Assembly: GCA_023231475.1 (NCBI GenBank)
Contig: JALJEE010000421.1
Location: 1-45,325 of the forward strand
Reading direction: 5' to 3'
Length of the DNA: 45,325 nt
Origin: Seison nebaliae
Taxonomy: Eukaryota
Positions 22,823-35,667 of this stretch are shown piece by piece. How positions within the stretch are numbered: the first letter of the stretch is position 1; each line of letters begins with the position of its first letter. A program made the position numbers and the translations under genes. The notes beneath the pieces are model-generated. The model saw only the letters and a list, made by a program, of their open reading frames with translations. It had not been told where the DNA came from and ran no database searches.

Positions 22823-23374
22823 GATGGATTTTTTATTAAATTGTTCGTTGAATAAAATGCACAATCAAATGACCATTCTTCTTTTTAGTTATTTAGAGCG
22901 GGAGCAGAAAACTCTTTGTTGTATTATCGTTCTTACTTTCGTTTATGGTGATGATGAAAAAAATTCGATGAATTTCACATATAGAATTGAGGAGCAGTAA
23001 TTAATTGAGACAATCGGTATCGATCCAATAATCATTCAGCGATGGAAATGTACATGTCCTTTCTATCTGCGTTTGATTACGTTCGTCGATTGATCAGCAG
23101 CATCTGTTTCCTTAAAATACACACATTATTGCACTCCAGAAAATACTGTTGTTGTTGATAATCATCGAAAAAAAATAATAAATATTTTCATTCACTCCTT
23201 CCTTTATGTTGATGAGTTTCGGCGAAGGGAAATTAGCGGGAGGTTTACCTGCCATCCACCGAACTTTATCAAACTTCTTCTAAAACAATTTTCACTTTCA
23301 AATTTCTTAGCTTACAATTCACTTATTTCCAATGATTTCTCATCAATCCATAAATTATTCCATATAAATATTCT

Positions 23375-23420
23375 ACACACTCACATACACACACATACAC
23401 ACACACACACACACACATAC
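23375..23420 (+). repeat. Imperfect (CA)n microsatellite
   Basis: CACACTCACATACACACACATACACACACAC... visible directly. Confidence 0.9.
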
Positions 23421-23662
23421 AATCACATAACATTTTCTCATCATTTTATATAATTGCATTCCAATAATAATACACAGAAGAGTTGGAGAGTTGCAATATC
23501 CAAAAACAGAAGGAAAGTACAGATTGGAGGGTATCAGACGAATAAGAAATTATCATAATTACAAAACAATTAATTGGTAGAACATTTTTTTCAATCATCA
23601 TTGTTATTCTTCTTCTACTGCCGCTACTACTCTACTCTCAACTACTTCAAATAGAATATTCA

Positions 23663-23690
23663 AACACACACACACACACACACACACACA
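23663..23690 (+). repeat. (CA)n microsatellite
   Basis: Perfect run of about 14 AC units. Confidence 0.9.
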
Positions 23691-25307
23691 AAGACGCACA
23701 TGTACGTCATAAAAAGAAAAGATATGGATGAAATTACATTAAAAGAAAGTTGATAATTCAATTCGTGTCTGATGGATATTGTCAGGAAATTAATTGTTTG
23801 TTCTTTACTTATTCACCCGAACTATTCCATTTCAATAGAAGTCCGATAATTGTTTGATATTTCTGATTGTATTATTTTATAATCTCTTCTTATCTCCACA
23901 TACGTCATCATCGCATCATGATCATATATCGAATATTCACTTGTGAAAAATTATAATGGAGATTACACAATAATCTCTTATTCCGCAAGATAATTCCAAT
24001 TAGAAAATCTGAATAATTTTTCGGGAAAGGAATTGCATAACTGACTCATTTAGACAATCGTGAAATATGAAGAATTGATATTGATACATAAATGTAATCA
24101 GGAGGAGGAAATGAAAGAAAAACATAAAAAAGATATTAGAGAATTGCTTTTAGAAAACGAAAATATTTTTTCCTTCTAAAGCATACACGTCTCGAACGAA
24201 CAGCAAAACATTTTTATTTTCCTAATTGTCTTTTTACTTCAAAATTCATCCTTTTATTTCCAATGAAAGACGTTCATTTTCGTTACAATCGTTTTCGATG
24301 AATTTTCTTATTCATCTTTTTTTTAAAGAATAATAATCTCGCCTTCTTTTTCTTCTTTGAAATAGAGTTTCGAATTTACTTTGCCACTTATCTGTTGTCT
24401 TTCATTACTCATTATCATGATGATGTTGGTAGTTTGTCGCGTAGGAAAGAAGATGTTAGCGGAGGAGTAGTTCAAGCCCTTTTAAACCGTTCTAATGGAA
24501 ATAATAGATGAAATCATACAAATACTTTCATCATAAACATTTTAGGGAGAACAGAAAAGAATTTTGTTCAATTAGACGATTAATCGAGTCTCGATCGAGA
24601 TCGTTTACATTTTCCAAGTTTTGAAAAGTTTTTTAAGTCATTCTCTTCTTGTTTGGTTGCCTCTAAGAAAAACGTTCAAGATGATAAGATGTTATCATTC
24701 TGTGATGAGGTAATCACTTCTGTCTCTCTGCTTTCCGCAAATTTCTTTATCATTTGACGATTAATTAAGTTGGTGAATACTTTACTTGTTTCTCCTCCAC
24801 TCTCTCTCCATTTCGGTTATAAATTATTTACATCTCGAAACAGTTTGCTGTGGGAAACTGATGAAGAATGATCATTTCAAAAATGAGGTACTATAATTAA
24901 ATTACTGTAATGTTCGATCATAAAACTATTTGAATACGATTTGTACATATTACAACAAATTGTTGTCAAGAATATATATATACATACGTATAACCAGACC
25001 AAACGGAGTTTAATTTCATAAAATTTTAAATAATTTAAAGAAACGTCGAACTATTAATTTACTCGTATTGTTTATCTAGGGATTCTTTGAAAATGACCAA
25101 TTGTATTAGGAAATGAATATATATATACCTCCAAATTTTCAAACATAATTCGACGTTTATCAATTTCATTCATTCCTTCTAGTATTGACAAAATTTGTGA
25201 GTTGAAATTAATGAAATATTAAAAGTCTTAGGAAATCAAATTTAAAAAAGATCATCAACTTTTAACTTTATTGGAAAATAATTTAAGAGTGAAAATAAAA
25301 AAAATGA

Positions 25308-26039
25308 TTAATGATGTTTAGGGTAAATTATCTTTTCATAATAAACTGCTTCATCACGTTTACAATTACCTGAATTTAATATTTGAGTATCGAAGTAGAC
25401 GTTAGCGGGACAGGATGGACATTTCATTATGTTCAAACCTATATCTAGACACATCTCAACTTGTTGAATATATTGTTTATCGTCATGACGATGACATATC
25501 AATTGATAAGAATCGGCTCCTAATGTTTCATCAAGAACATGATAGAACTGTTCGATATCAAATTGCTTATCGTTTTCTGGGAATATCGATGATTTCTCAA
25601 ACATTCTCGTCATATTATATTTCTCATTTAACTGTAACCCATCAGAGAAGTAATCTAATTGAGAGTTTATGTGAGGCAATTGGATGGCACACGTTCCATG
25701 TTTCAACCACTCATGCTCCCATAAACCGTAAACGGAACCGTTAAACATATCTGGCCAGAATTCCATCAGTTTTCCGAAAATCGGTTCGAGAGCTACTGGT
25801 CTCAAATGGCTTGTTCTGTTGCAGTAATTGGGTCCTTTCTCACAACCTTCATCTGGCCACAAACCATGAACGGTCCATGTTGTCACATTGGAAGAGAAGT
25901 TGCAATGTTTGGTAGCCATGCACATGGTTTGAGGCCAGACTTGTGCGTATGTAAAATGGTCGAAATTATATGACTCGTTCAGGTGAATGAGAAAAGTGAA
26001 AAAGAACAGAAACATTGAAAATTTGATCAGATGTGACAT
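25308..26039 (-). CDS. RNASET2: Secreted ribonuclease T2, 243 aa, intronless
   Basis: Signal peptide, CAS I WTVHGLWP, CAS II LWEHEWLKHGTC and conserved cysteines. Confidence 0.96.
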   Translation of the reverse strand: MSHLIKFSMFLFFFTFLIHLNESYNFDHFTYAQVWPQTMCMATKHCNFSSNVTTWTVHGLWPDEGCEKGPNYCNRTSHLRPVALEPIFGKLMEFWPDMFNGSVYGLWEHEWLKHGTCAIQLPHINSQLDYFSDGLQLNEKYNMTRMFEKSSIFPENDKQFDIEQFYHVLDETLGADSYQLICHRHDDKQYIQQVEMCLDIGLNIMKCPSCPANVYFDTQILNSGNCKRDEAVYYEKIIYPKHH

Positions 26040-26705
26040 GATTGATGGTGTTGGAGAATCTGAATGACAAATAAAGTTTAATTTAATCGATTTCCTTTTT
26101 GGTCATGTTCTCTTTATTTATGTAGATAATTCGATGTTGTCGAATGATGATTTTTAGTATGGTTATCAGGAGATTATTCTTAAAGAAACATTCTTCATAA
26201 TTCTCACGGTCATTTCTCAATTCTCCTTTTCTCTTCTCAAAAATATTAATTAGAACATCATATAATATATATGAGACAACGGATTGGGAATGATTTTTTT
26301 ATGGAATCTTTTATTGTTATCTCACTCGATTTTTTGAAGGACATTTCCTCCCCTTTCACTAACACGTAAATGTGAAGTAATTTATTAAATACTGAATAAA
26401 TAAATAATGAAATTTTAATATTTTATGACCAGATTGCCATAATAGTTTTATCGTGCAAGTGACCATTTTAATGTTATTAATTCGTCCTTCTTGGATGAGT
26501 AAGAGAGTAAGAAGGTTTACTTGGAACATATGAAAGGAATAATAATTCAGAAAATTTGATAGAATTGGTAAACTTAAAAGATTTATTTGAAAAAAAAAAG
26601 ATATTGGTCAAATGATGACTGATTTGATAACATTATAAGATTGATAAATAAATTATATTTCAATAAAAAAATGTAAATGGAAGAAAGAGGAGTTAGATGC
26701 GACAT

Positions 26706-28730
26706 CTATTCATTAAGAACGTCATCGAGAGAATTGAGGAAATCTTGTCGTTGATCTTTATCGATGAGGAATGCAGAATTATCAAAGAATTCGAAATAAC
26801 ATCTCAAATCGGGCGATATGGTAGCATTGGCTGTAAATGCGGCAGTCATCATATTGCATAAAGTGGATCCATGATATTCGCCATCTTCACCATCAATCGT
26901 CGATAATGATGGAACAGATAAGACGAGATAATGGTCTGGAAATGTTTGAGTATCACAACTGATGATAAATGGAAGACGTCGCATCTTCTTATTCTTTTTT
27001 TTCGAATTGATGACGGTGAATAGAATGAGAAGATATGTCGACAACAATCGTAAAGTAACAACATAACCGAGATTATAAGAATCCTGTAATTTCTTATCTA
27101 ACATTAGATAGAGGAATGAATTTGTGGAAGAGATTGTGTTCGATTCTAACAGAATACAAATTTGAGTTAACAATTGCATTAAATGTTTCTTTGCTACCGC
27201 CACTCCATTTGTACAAAGGAAATTTGAATGACGATTAAGACAATGAAGTGCTAATTCTAATCGGGAAAATCCAGATCCATTCACCATAGTAATGACGGAA
27301 TTATTTTTCTCATTATTCTTCTCTCCATTCGCTTGTCCTGTTGTTTCGTTGAATAGATCTTGAGATGGTTTGTCAATTGTCGATGTGAATGATTCTTGTG
27401 ATGAACGAATCGATTGAGAATTGGAATGAGTTCCATGCATCTTATAAAAATGATTTCTCGCCATTGTATAATGTAATTTGTCGGAAGGATTCTCAATAAT
27501 TGCTTGAATAATTCGAGCTGCATCTAATGCATTCACTTCATCTTTATGTCCATAAATTGTGACGAAAGTATCGACGAATAAATCTGATGTCTCATAACCA
27601 TATTTTCGTTGATTCTTTTCTAATTGTAAATGAAGTGGCAGATTATTTCGATATTTCGATTCCATATATTGATATGATTGTTGTGCTTGAATAATTGGAA
27701 TTCCCAAATCTGCCAGGAATTCTCTCAAATGTTGTTTGCCTTGGACCGACCACGTCTTGAATAATAACATTGTGGCGATGGAATAATTCATTGATTCATA
27801 CAACGACCAATGACGAAGTAGAGTTAAATTTATTTCATTTCTAGAATGAATATTATTAAAATAAATTTCGTTTAATGATGACACATTCTCATTAACTTGA
27901 TCACATTGTAAAATTTCATTTCCCATCGTCGTCATCGATTCCAATCGATGAGAATGACGTAAAACATGAGATTGTAATTCAATCACACATTCCTGATAAC
28001 GATCGAAATCGATCTTATAATGAATATATTGATCACTCACACCAACACAAGCATACCAGAGAAGATGTGTTGTATCTAATGACAATTTCCATGATAAATT
28101 GAATAATAATAATGCTGATGATTTGGAATGATACGAATATTTCATATATTCAAATAAAATCTCTTCACGACGTCTTAACCATTCTTGTTTTTTTTCATTT
28201 CTTTTAATTCTCCGATCAATTCTTTTCATTCCTTCTCCCAAATTTTCATCATCATTCTCACTATCACTACTACTTTCATCATCCGAATCGTCATTATCAA
28301 AATCCCCGTTAATCACATCGGACAGTTGAGGGAGATGTCTCGTTTCATCTTCAATCAAATCGGAATGAAGAAGTATTCGAATTTGTTTTCTATTATAAAT
28401 GTTATGAATGTGGATAGGTCGAGCGGAATCAATAATGAAAAAGATCGTATCTTCATTATCAGCTGATAAATAATCGACAACGTCAAAGAAACAACCACAA
28501 TTCAATAGAATAAAATATTTACATTCTCTCTTCATCAATTGATATTGAGTTTGGATGTCACCTCTCAATGTCACGATATTTACACTGTATTTGATCTGTT
28601 GTGACTGAAGGAGATGTTGGAGGATTTTCCATGAACATAAACCATCAACATCGATATTGACAAGTACCAGAACTTTGGAACGTGAAAGAACGTGGAAGAA
28701 TTCATTGACATCATCTTGAACGAGAACCAT
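26706..28730 (-). CDS. CDC45: Cell division control protein 45, 674 aa, intronless
   Basis: DVDGLCSWKILQHL, LLNCG, IIDSARP..HNIYN, an acidic loop, LLWYACVGVSDQ, LLRHWSLYES, FLADLGIP and C-terminal FLNSL. Confidence 0.96.
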   Translation of the reverse strand: MVLVQDDVNEFFHVLSRSKVLVLVNIDVDGLCSWKILQHLLQSQQIKYSVNIVTLRGDIQTQYQLMKRECKYFILLNCGCFFDVVDYLSADNEDTIFFIIDSARPIHIHNIYNRKQIRILLHSDLIEDETRHLPQLSDVINGDFDNDDSDDESSSDSENDDENLGEGMKRIDRRIKRNEKKQEWLRRREEILFEYMKYSYHSKSSALLLFNLSWKLSLDTTHLLWYACVGVSDQYIHYKIDFDRYQECVIELQSHVLRHSHRLESMTTMGNEILQCDQVNENVSSLNEIYFNNIHSRNEINLTLLRHWSLYESMNYSIATMLLFKTWSVQGKQHLREFLADLGIPIIQAQQSYQYMESKYRNNLPLHLQLEKNQRKYGYETSDLFVDTFVTIYGHKDEVNALDAARIIQAIIENPSDKLHYTMARNHFYKMHGTHSNSQSIRSSQESFTSTIDKPSQDLFNETTGQANGEKNNEKNNSVITMVNGSGFSRLELALHCLNRHSNFLCTNGVAVAKKHLMQLLTQICILLESNTISSTNSFLYLMLDKKLQDSYNLGYVVTLRLLSTYLLILFTVINSKKKNKKMRRLPFIISCDTQTFPDHYLVLSVPSLSTIDGEDGEYHGSTLCNMMTAAFTANATISPDLRCYFEFFDNSAFLIDKDQRQDFLNSLDDVLNE

Positions 28731-29277
28731 GATTCTTGAATGATTTTATCGATCTTAACAAATCGATAATGATTTCGAATTTTTCGAAACTTTTCGGGAA
28801 ATTTTGATTGTTAAATTTAATTTAATCGATTTATTTTTAAAATCAATATTTCTTTTTTTTTTAAATTATGAAAAATTGGAAGTAAACTCTCCATCGAACA
28901 AGAACGTTAATGATGATTGGATATGTCCATCAATAAATCAATGAAATGATGGAAGGAAATGAGAAATGGAAATGTTAAGCCAGAATTTTTAGAATTTCTA
29001 ATAAATTTTTCTTTTTCTCTTAATGTGTTGGGAATGATTTGATTTGATTATTTGAAATGAATTTTTTTCATCATTCATTCTCTCTTCCTCTCTTTCTTCA
29101 ATTCTCAACAATTGGAAAGAATGTTGAGAAATTGAGAAATAAGATATTTTTTAAATTTTCTTTTAATTATTCGAGAAATTTCTTCTTTTTTTTTCAAATT
29201 ATGTAAAGAAATTTGAAATTATGTAATTTCTATTAAAGTCTTCTCTTTTTTCACAGATATTCTTTTTTTAAAAGAAA

Positions 29278-30542
29278 ATGACCATCTCATTAAACTTCTC
29301 GACTATCGGACCGCCCAAAAAAAATTTCACGTTAGAATTCTCCGAAGATACGTCAGTGAAGGAAGTGAAACGTCAAGTTTTGGAAGAAACAAAATTAGTG
29401 GTAAATTCTTATCAGAATTTGGCATTGCTCTGTAATGGTTCGACATTTCAGGATTTTGTTGTCTTGAAAATTTTTTATAATTTTTAGGTGTGAAATTGAA
29501 TGATGACGAGAAGTCGTTAAATGATTATCAATTGAAAGGAAATGAGAAAGTTATCGTTATGATTTTCAAGGCGAAATCGATTCCAGCACCAAAATCGGAA
29601 AAGAATGAGGATAAGAAGAAAGTGGAAGAAGAGATTAATAAGAAGGAATCAGAAAAAGTAGAAGAAGGGAAAAAAAAAGAAGAAAAAGTTGATGAAGAGA
29701 AACCGAAAGAAATAAAGAAAGAAACGAGACCAGAAGAAGCATTTTTAACCAAAGATGATTATTCAACTGCAGTTGCGTCTATTATGAGTATGGGATTTGA
29801 GAAGGAACAAGTGGAGAAAGCGTTAATGAAATCATATAATAATCCTGCACGAGCAGTCGAATATATTTTAAGTGGGAAACTAGACGCTCCAGAACCGGCT
29901 GCTACTTCCGAAAATCCGTTAACTGCTCAAGGTCTCTTCCAATAATTTCTTCCAATATTTTTATAATCTCATTTTTAGAACCAACGGCACCTGCCGCTTC
30001 CACTGATATGACAGGTGAGAATTCAGCAGATTCATTGAGGCAATTGGTGAATTCGCCGATGTTCGATCAATTTCGTCAATTGCTCCGTGAAAATCCTGAA
30101 GCTCTCCCAGTCATTCTAAATCGAATAGCGGAAGAGAATCCGGAAATGTTCCAAGTTAATTTGAATTTTGAATAAATTTTGAAAAAATAATTAATTCGTT
30201 GGAATAGTTGATGGATGAGAATCGAGAACAATTCTATCGATTACTTCAAAATCCACCAGAAGGATTGAATGAATCAGCAAATAATCAAGGAAATATTCCA
30301 CCATCATCTAGTGTTAATCAGGAAGGAACGATTACTATTCAATTGACAGAAGAACAGCGACAATCAATTGAACGAGTTAATTTTATAAAAAGAAATAAAT
30401 TATCTCAATCATTTTCATAAAGTTAAAAGAATTAGGATTCTCCGAAATAATGGCCGTCCAAGCATTTATGGCTTGCGAATGTGATGAGAATTTAGCAGCA
30501 AATTTCCTCTTCCAAAATAACAATATGGATAATGACGATTGA
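29278..30542 (+). CDS. RAD23: UV excision repair protein RAD23 (UBL-UBA-XPC binding-UBA), 355 aa, 5 exons: 29278-29437, 29488-29931, 29979-30154, 30208-30375, 30423-30542
   Basis: N-terminal UBL; UBA1 ([30 protein letters not shown]); XPC-binding ([27 protein letters not shown]); UBA2 ([32 protein letters not shown]). Confidence 0.95.
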
Positions 30543-30872
30543 TGAGAGAGGAACGAAGGATTTTATTATTTCATTTTATTAAACAAAAAAAAACTGGCTC
30601 CATAAATCGTAGTTCCATGAACATTAAATTTTTTCATTAGATGAACAGATAAAAATTCCGAATAAATGGAAAAATATTCACTTTTATCTTTTTTTCCAAC
30701 AACAAAATCCTTTGAGAAATTTCATTAAATTGTTTTTCAATAATATCTCACTCATATCGAAAAGGAAATTAAAAGAATTTGTATACAATCATCTCCTTCT
30801 CAACTTTGACATAAATCCAAAAAAAAACCTTGATAAGTTCTTTGTAGAGAATGCGATAGTGATTTTCCATTC

Positions 30873-30886
30873 GTCGTCATGGCAAC
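30873..30886 (+). promoter_or_regulatory. RFX X-box upstream of the LRR gene
   Basis: GTCGTCATGGCAAC matches GTHNYY-AT-RRNAAC exactly and ends 93 bp before ATG 30979. Confidence 0.65.
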
Positions 30887-30978
30887 CTCCCAAATTGACA
30901 TTTTAATCGTAAACTTTGTTTTCTTCACATTTTTGGAATAAATGTTCTTCCATTTTATGATTTTTTATCCAATCAACA

Positions 30979-32816
30979 ATGAAGTCGTTGCCTCCACTTG
31001 TGAGACAACCAAAATTTCCCAAATTGAGACCCATATTTCATGATCAGCCGTCTGATGAGATCGACGATATGTTGTATGGAGAACTTAAAACAATCACATC
31101 TAATACATCGAGACCATCATCATCATTATCATCGTCTACCGTTCTCGGGAAAGATGAGAATGCGTCTTTCTTTTTGACGTCAGATGAACATCTCTCCGAG
31201 TTACATTGGAAGAATGTGAAGAAGATTTCAAAATTGTCTTCAGAAAAATTACCTATTATCGCACAATCGAATAAATCGAATAAGAAATGTCTGAGTAAAG
31301 CGACGATCAGTATAAAACCTGATTTGTCGACACTTCATCAATATTATCAGAGAAGAAAAGATTTATTCAATTTATCATCTGACAGAATGGGGAAAGTGAT
31401 GATGAATACTCCAACAAATACGAACCGTGGAATGTTTTCACCAATTACCGAACAATTAGATTTGAAGGAACGAAATAAAATCGTATCAATCGTCAATTTA
31501 TCAGAGAAACAATTGAAGTCTTCCGAATTTTGCTCAAATCTCTTCCTACCGTTGAAAAATCCATCACAATTCCATATGGAAAAATTGAATCATGAATTCT
31601 TCGGTCGATACCAGAATGGACAATCAGTCAATATCAGTCGATCGAAATTGAACTACTGTCGAAACTTTACCAAGAATCGTCATCGCATTCCTCAACATAT
31701 TGAGAGTTTGATGGAGAAATGTTCAAGTTATGTGAGTAGTAGTAACTTGAATAATTATTTAAGCTTATCATCACAATCCATTCGATCATGTATTCAATCA
31801 TATCAACGATCTAAATCAGCTATAGTGATAACATTGGGAGACGATGAGACGAATAATCATAGAAAGCTCAAGAAGAATTGGAAACGATTCCATTCTGCAT
31901 ATCCCATACCAACATCTCGTATGAGTGAGAGAGATATGAAAGAGAATGTCGATAGAATTGATGTGGCTGTATTAGATTGTCTGTTAGAGAATAATGGAGA
32001 GTTGTTAGATTTGAAAGGACAATTCTTGGGAAGAATTCATCATAATCATTTCAATTCAATTAAATTAACATTAATATCATTAGATTTATCTTACAATATG
32101 TTTGAAGTTCATTTTCTCCCAATATTTATTATTGTCCAGAATATTAATGAACAATTCAAATTTATTTTAGACGATTCCTACAACGTTAGAGTCGTGTAAA
32201 CAATTAAAAGTGTTGAATGTTCGAAATAATCCGATAAAAAGAATTCCAAAATTCTTGTTCGACAACATAAACTTACAACATCTCAATTTATCGTTCTGTC
32301 TATTAAATTCGATCGATTACGAGTTTTATTTGAATATTTTGTTTTTTCGAATTATTTATTTTTTTAGTTTAATCGGAAATTCAGACGAATTAACAATCGA
32401 TATCAGTTTCAATAATTTATCGATTCTACCAAACATCTCACAAATTCATCAAATAGTCAAGTTAATTAATGTTTTATTAGAAAAAATAAAAATTTAATAA
32501 AATTATTTGTCTGTGGAAATATGTAGAAAGAGAGTAAGAATGAATCTAATCGGCAATGTTGACTTAATCGATGTGTTGAGTGAGGAGAGGAATGAATTGG
32601 GAAAATTTGAAGATAATTTCAATATTGAAAAATAAAATTTCCATCGATCATTTTGCTTTCTTTCTTGTAAATTTGGTAATTGTGACAGCAGATGTATCTG
32701 AAATGTTCGATCCTTTAGTAAAGGAGATAACTGATGTGATGATTCCGTTCGAAGCGCGAACGTCGTGGTCTTTCTGCAAATTATTTGCTACATTAGTCGA
32801 CCTGTATTGGAAATAA
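30979..32816 (+). CDS. Leucine-rich repeat protein, possibly LRRC63-like; exons 30979-32106, 32171-32322, 32368-32460, 32527-(32635 stop, or spliced on to 32816)
   Basis: A long Ser-rich N-terminus is followed by LRRs: LDLKGQFL, LDLSYNMFETIP, LNVRNNPIKRIP, LNLSFCLL, IDISFNNLSILP. The 3' end is ambiguous. Confidence 0.7.
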
Positions 32817-33513
32817 TGGAAAGAATTAAAATTAAGATTGAATAAATTGGAAAATTTAATAAATTTAAATTCCCGAAATCAAAAAGCAAACAATTAAACT
32901 AGCCAAATGACAATTCAATTGGAAATAGCGAAAAAGAAGATGTTTTAGAACAGAATTTTCCAATTCCCAACAGAAAAAAATTAGAAAATCATCGAGTCGT
33001 TTTTTCGAAGCGACCACGCGAATGGAAATCAATAGATACTGTAGAAAATGGATATAAGAGAGAAGAGAATGAATCATTTATTAATCGATATAAAATCATT
33101 TCTTTTAAAGGAATAATAATGATAAAGAGGTGAGATTGAATAAAATATAAAAGGAAGTTCTCATTTGAAAAAAGAATAAGGTTATAATGCCAAATAAAAT
33201 TATACCGTAATTCCTTGTATTATACTATCATCACTACTCCTATTACTACTAGTTGGTTTATTTTGAGTGGAATGGTGTGATTGATAAAAACTACCGTTGT
33301 TCATTCTTTGTTTATCAGTTATTAAATGTAACTGTGTCGGTTTGGAACTAATTGGAATAGATTTTAATTTAAATAATATCTCTTCATGCTCATCTACTCA
33401 ACAAAGGTCAAAAGAAAAGTGAATTAATTAAATTAAAACAATTTAATTAATAGGAAACAAATTCAAATTGGAAGAAAAGAAATTATAAGAAAGAAAATAC
33501 AAAAAGAAAATTA

Positions 33514-35667
33514 TCAGAAATGAGAAATATTTAAAGAGTTACTTTTCATTCTTTTCCCATTAGATACGTTGGGATCTATAACGTGGATTTTCGGGATTAA
33601 CGGCTGAAATTCTTGAAATTCTGGAGATTCAACAATTAGTGAACTGGAATTAGACATAATTGAAATAGTTCGATGAATTAAGTTAATATCATCACAATTA
33701 GTTCTATTCACAAATTAGGATAAAATAAAATTGAAGAAAAAAGACAACATAAAATAGTCGAATGGAGAATCTTTAGAAATATGCCCATTTAAATTAAAAA
33801 TTCGATTAATCTCTAAATTATTGCTTCTACAGTGTTAGTGGGAAATAAACAAATATAATTTTACCTTTCTCTCTCGATTATTTTTTGTAACAAAAGGAAA
33901 ATTATTGGAAATTAGGAAATTAGTTTGATTTCGAAATTAATCAACTGAATAAGAATTTTGTCGAAAGGGGAACTTCGTTGGAGTCGGTTTATTAAAAGAA
34001 CCGTGAGATAAAGGAGTGATATTCGTCATTTTAATATCGTTCGTCAGACAATGGGTTCTATATGTTTGGTTGGAAGCAGATGTTGAACGAAAGAAAATAG
34101 AAAGATTAATAAAATATTCGTGGAAAAAGTGTGGATGAAATTAATTCATAAGAAATTTGAATTTCCTTATCGAATATAGAGATTATACTAGATGAAGAAG
34201 AACGAAAAGCGCAGACAATTCAGAACAAGAACAAACAAGAAGAATTGAAATAGAATGACTAACCTACTTCCAAGACATTTGTGTATGACGATGAAGACGA
34301 AGGCGAATATTAGACATAAACTCCCAACGACAATATATGCAATGCCAATAAATAAATTACGACCACCTATCCATGAAGTATTGGCTATAATGAATCGTTT
34401 AGTTCCTTCAAATCGATGGACGGGATAATCTGAAAATGATATTGAATTATTGATGAATAGAGAGAGTTGGGAACTATATTCGATTTGAACAGTATAATTT
34501 CCTCGAATTAAATATTCATGTTTAGTGTGATCGATACGACGCCATAATTTTCTGAATGTTGGAAGAGCCGCAGTTCTCATCCAAACAATCAGATCTTCGT
34601 TCTTATACTGATCTGTTAAATTTCTTATGGAGTATGGCCAGTTCGGTGGTTTCGCGTCATTTCCCAAAAATTGATCTTAATAATTCAATTATCATATATA
34701 ATAATAACATATTCAACATCAAAAATTATGAAACTTGGATTTTTAAATTTCGAATCGACATCACTCTTCCAAGCAATTCCATCACTTAACACGGATACTT
34801 CATTGTCATTCTCGTCGAATAATTGGAATGAATCTGGAACGACATTTCCTTCAACAATTCCATTTAAATCAATTGATTAACCGTTAAATAATGAATTGGC
34901 GATTGCCCCACAAGGAGCGATTGCTTCGCCGTTCGGTCCCTTTCGATATGGATCACAATCGTCAATCAGTTCGTCATATTTTACACCTTCTTTCTTTCCA
35001 ATCAATTGATTGTCGTCTCTCGATTTGACATAACGACGATGATTTTGATAATAATTAGTTAATCCGTAATAAATATATAAGTTCGACTAAATAGTTATAA
35101 GGAATGAAATAAAATAAATTTTTGAAAAATTTCAAAACTCGATAATTTTCTTCTAATTCCAAAGTGATATTACAACTACAATGGAAATATGGATCATCGG
35201 TATAATTAAAATTCTCATAATAATCGATACATGTTCCTTGATCATTTGCACATTGAGTATAATCGATCACTTTCTCTTGAGTTCCATGAGCAATGACAAA
35301 TAATGTGGTACCGATAGCTATGAATAATATGCCAACAATAAAGAAAACTGGTATGACAACTCGAGCAGTGAGAACTGGTTGATAGGCCGGCAATCGTTGT
35401 TGCCAAAAAGCATTTTCTATTGAGTGGGAGAAAAGAATGAAACATTTGATGGATAAATAAATGTGAACTATCTCGATTTGTGCTGAACAAACGTTGACGT
35501 CCACCTTGGGACGATGAGACACTGTCGTTCATTTTGGATTGATAACTTTCTTGTTGAGGAGTCGAGAGACCATTTGCTACTTGTTCATCTACACCAACTT
35601 TTTCCCAAATAATTTTATTATTTTTTTGTGTAGATGCGGACGACTTGTTTAAATTAATTTTCTGCAT
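33514..35667 (-). CDS. TMEM30A: CDC50/TMEM30 P4-ATPase flippase beta subunit; exons 35667-35469, 35416-35139, 35086-34882, 34833-34735, 34675-34475, 34429-34264, then a last exon that is uncertain or alternative
   Basis: [95 protein letters not shown]. Confidence 0.93.
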
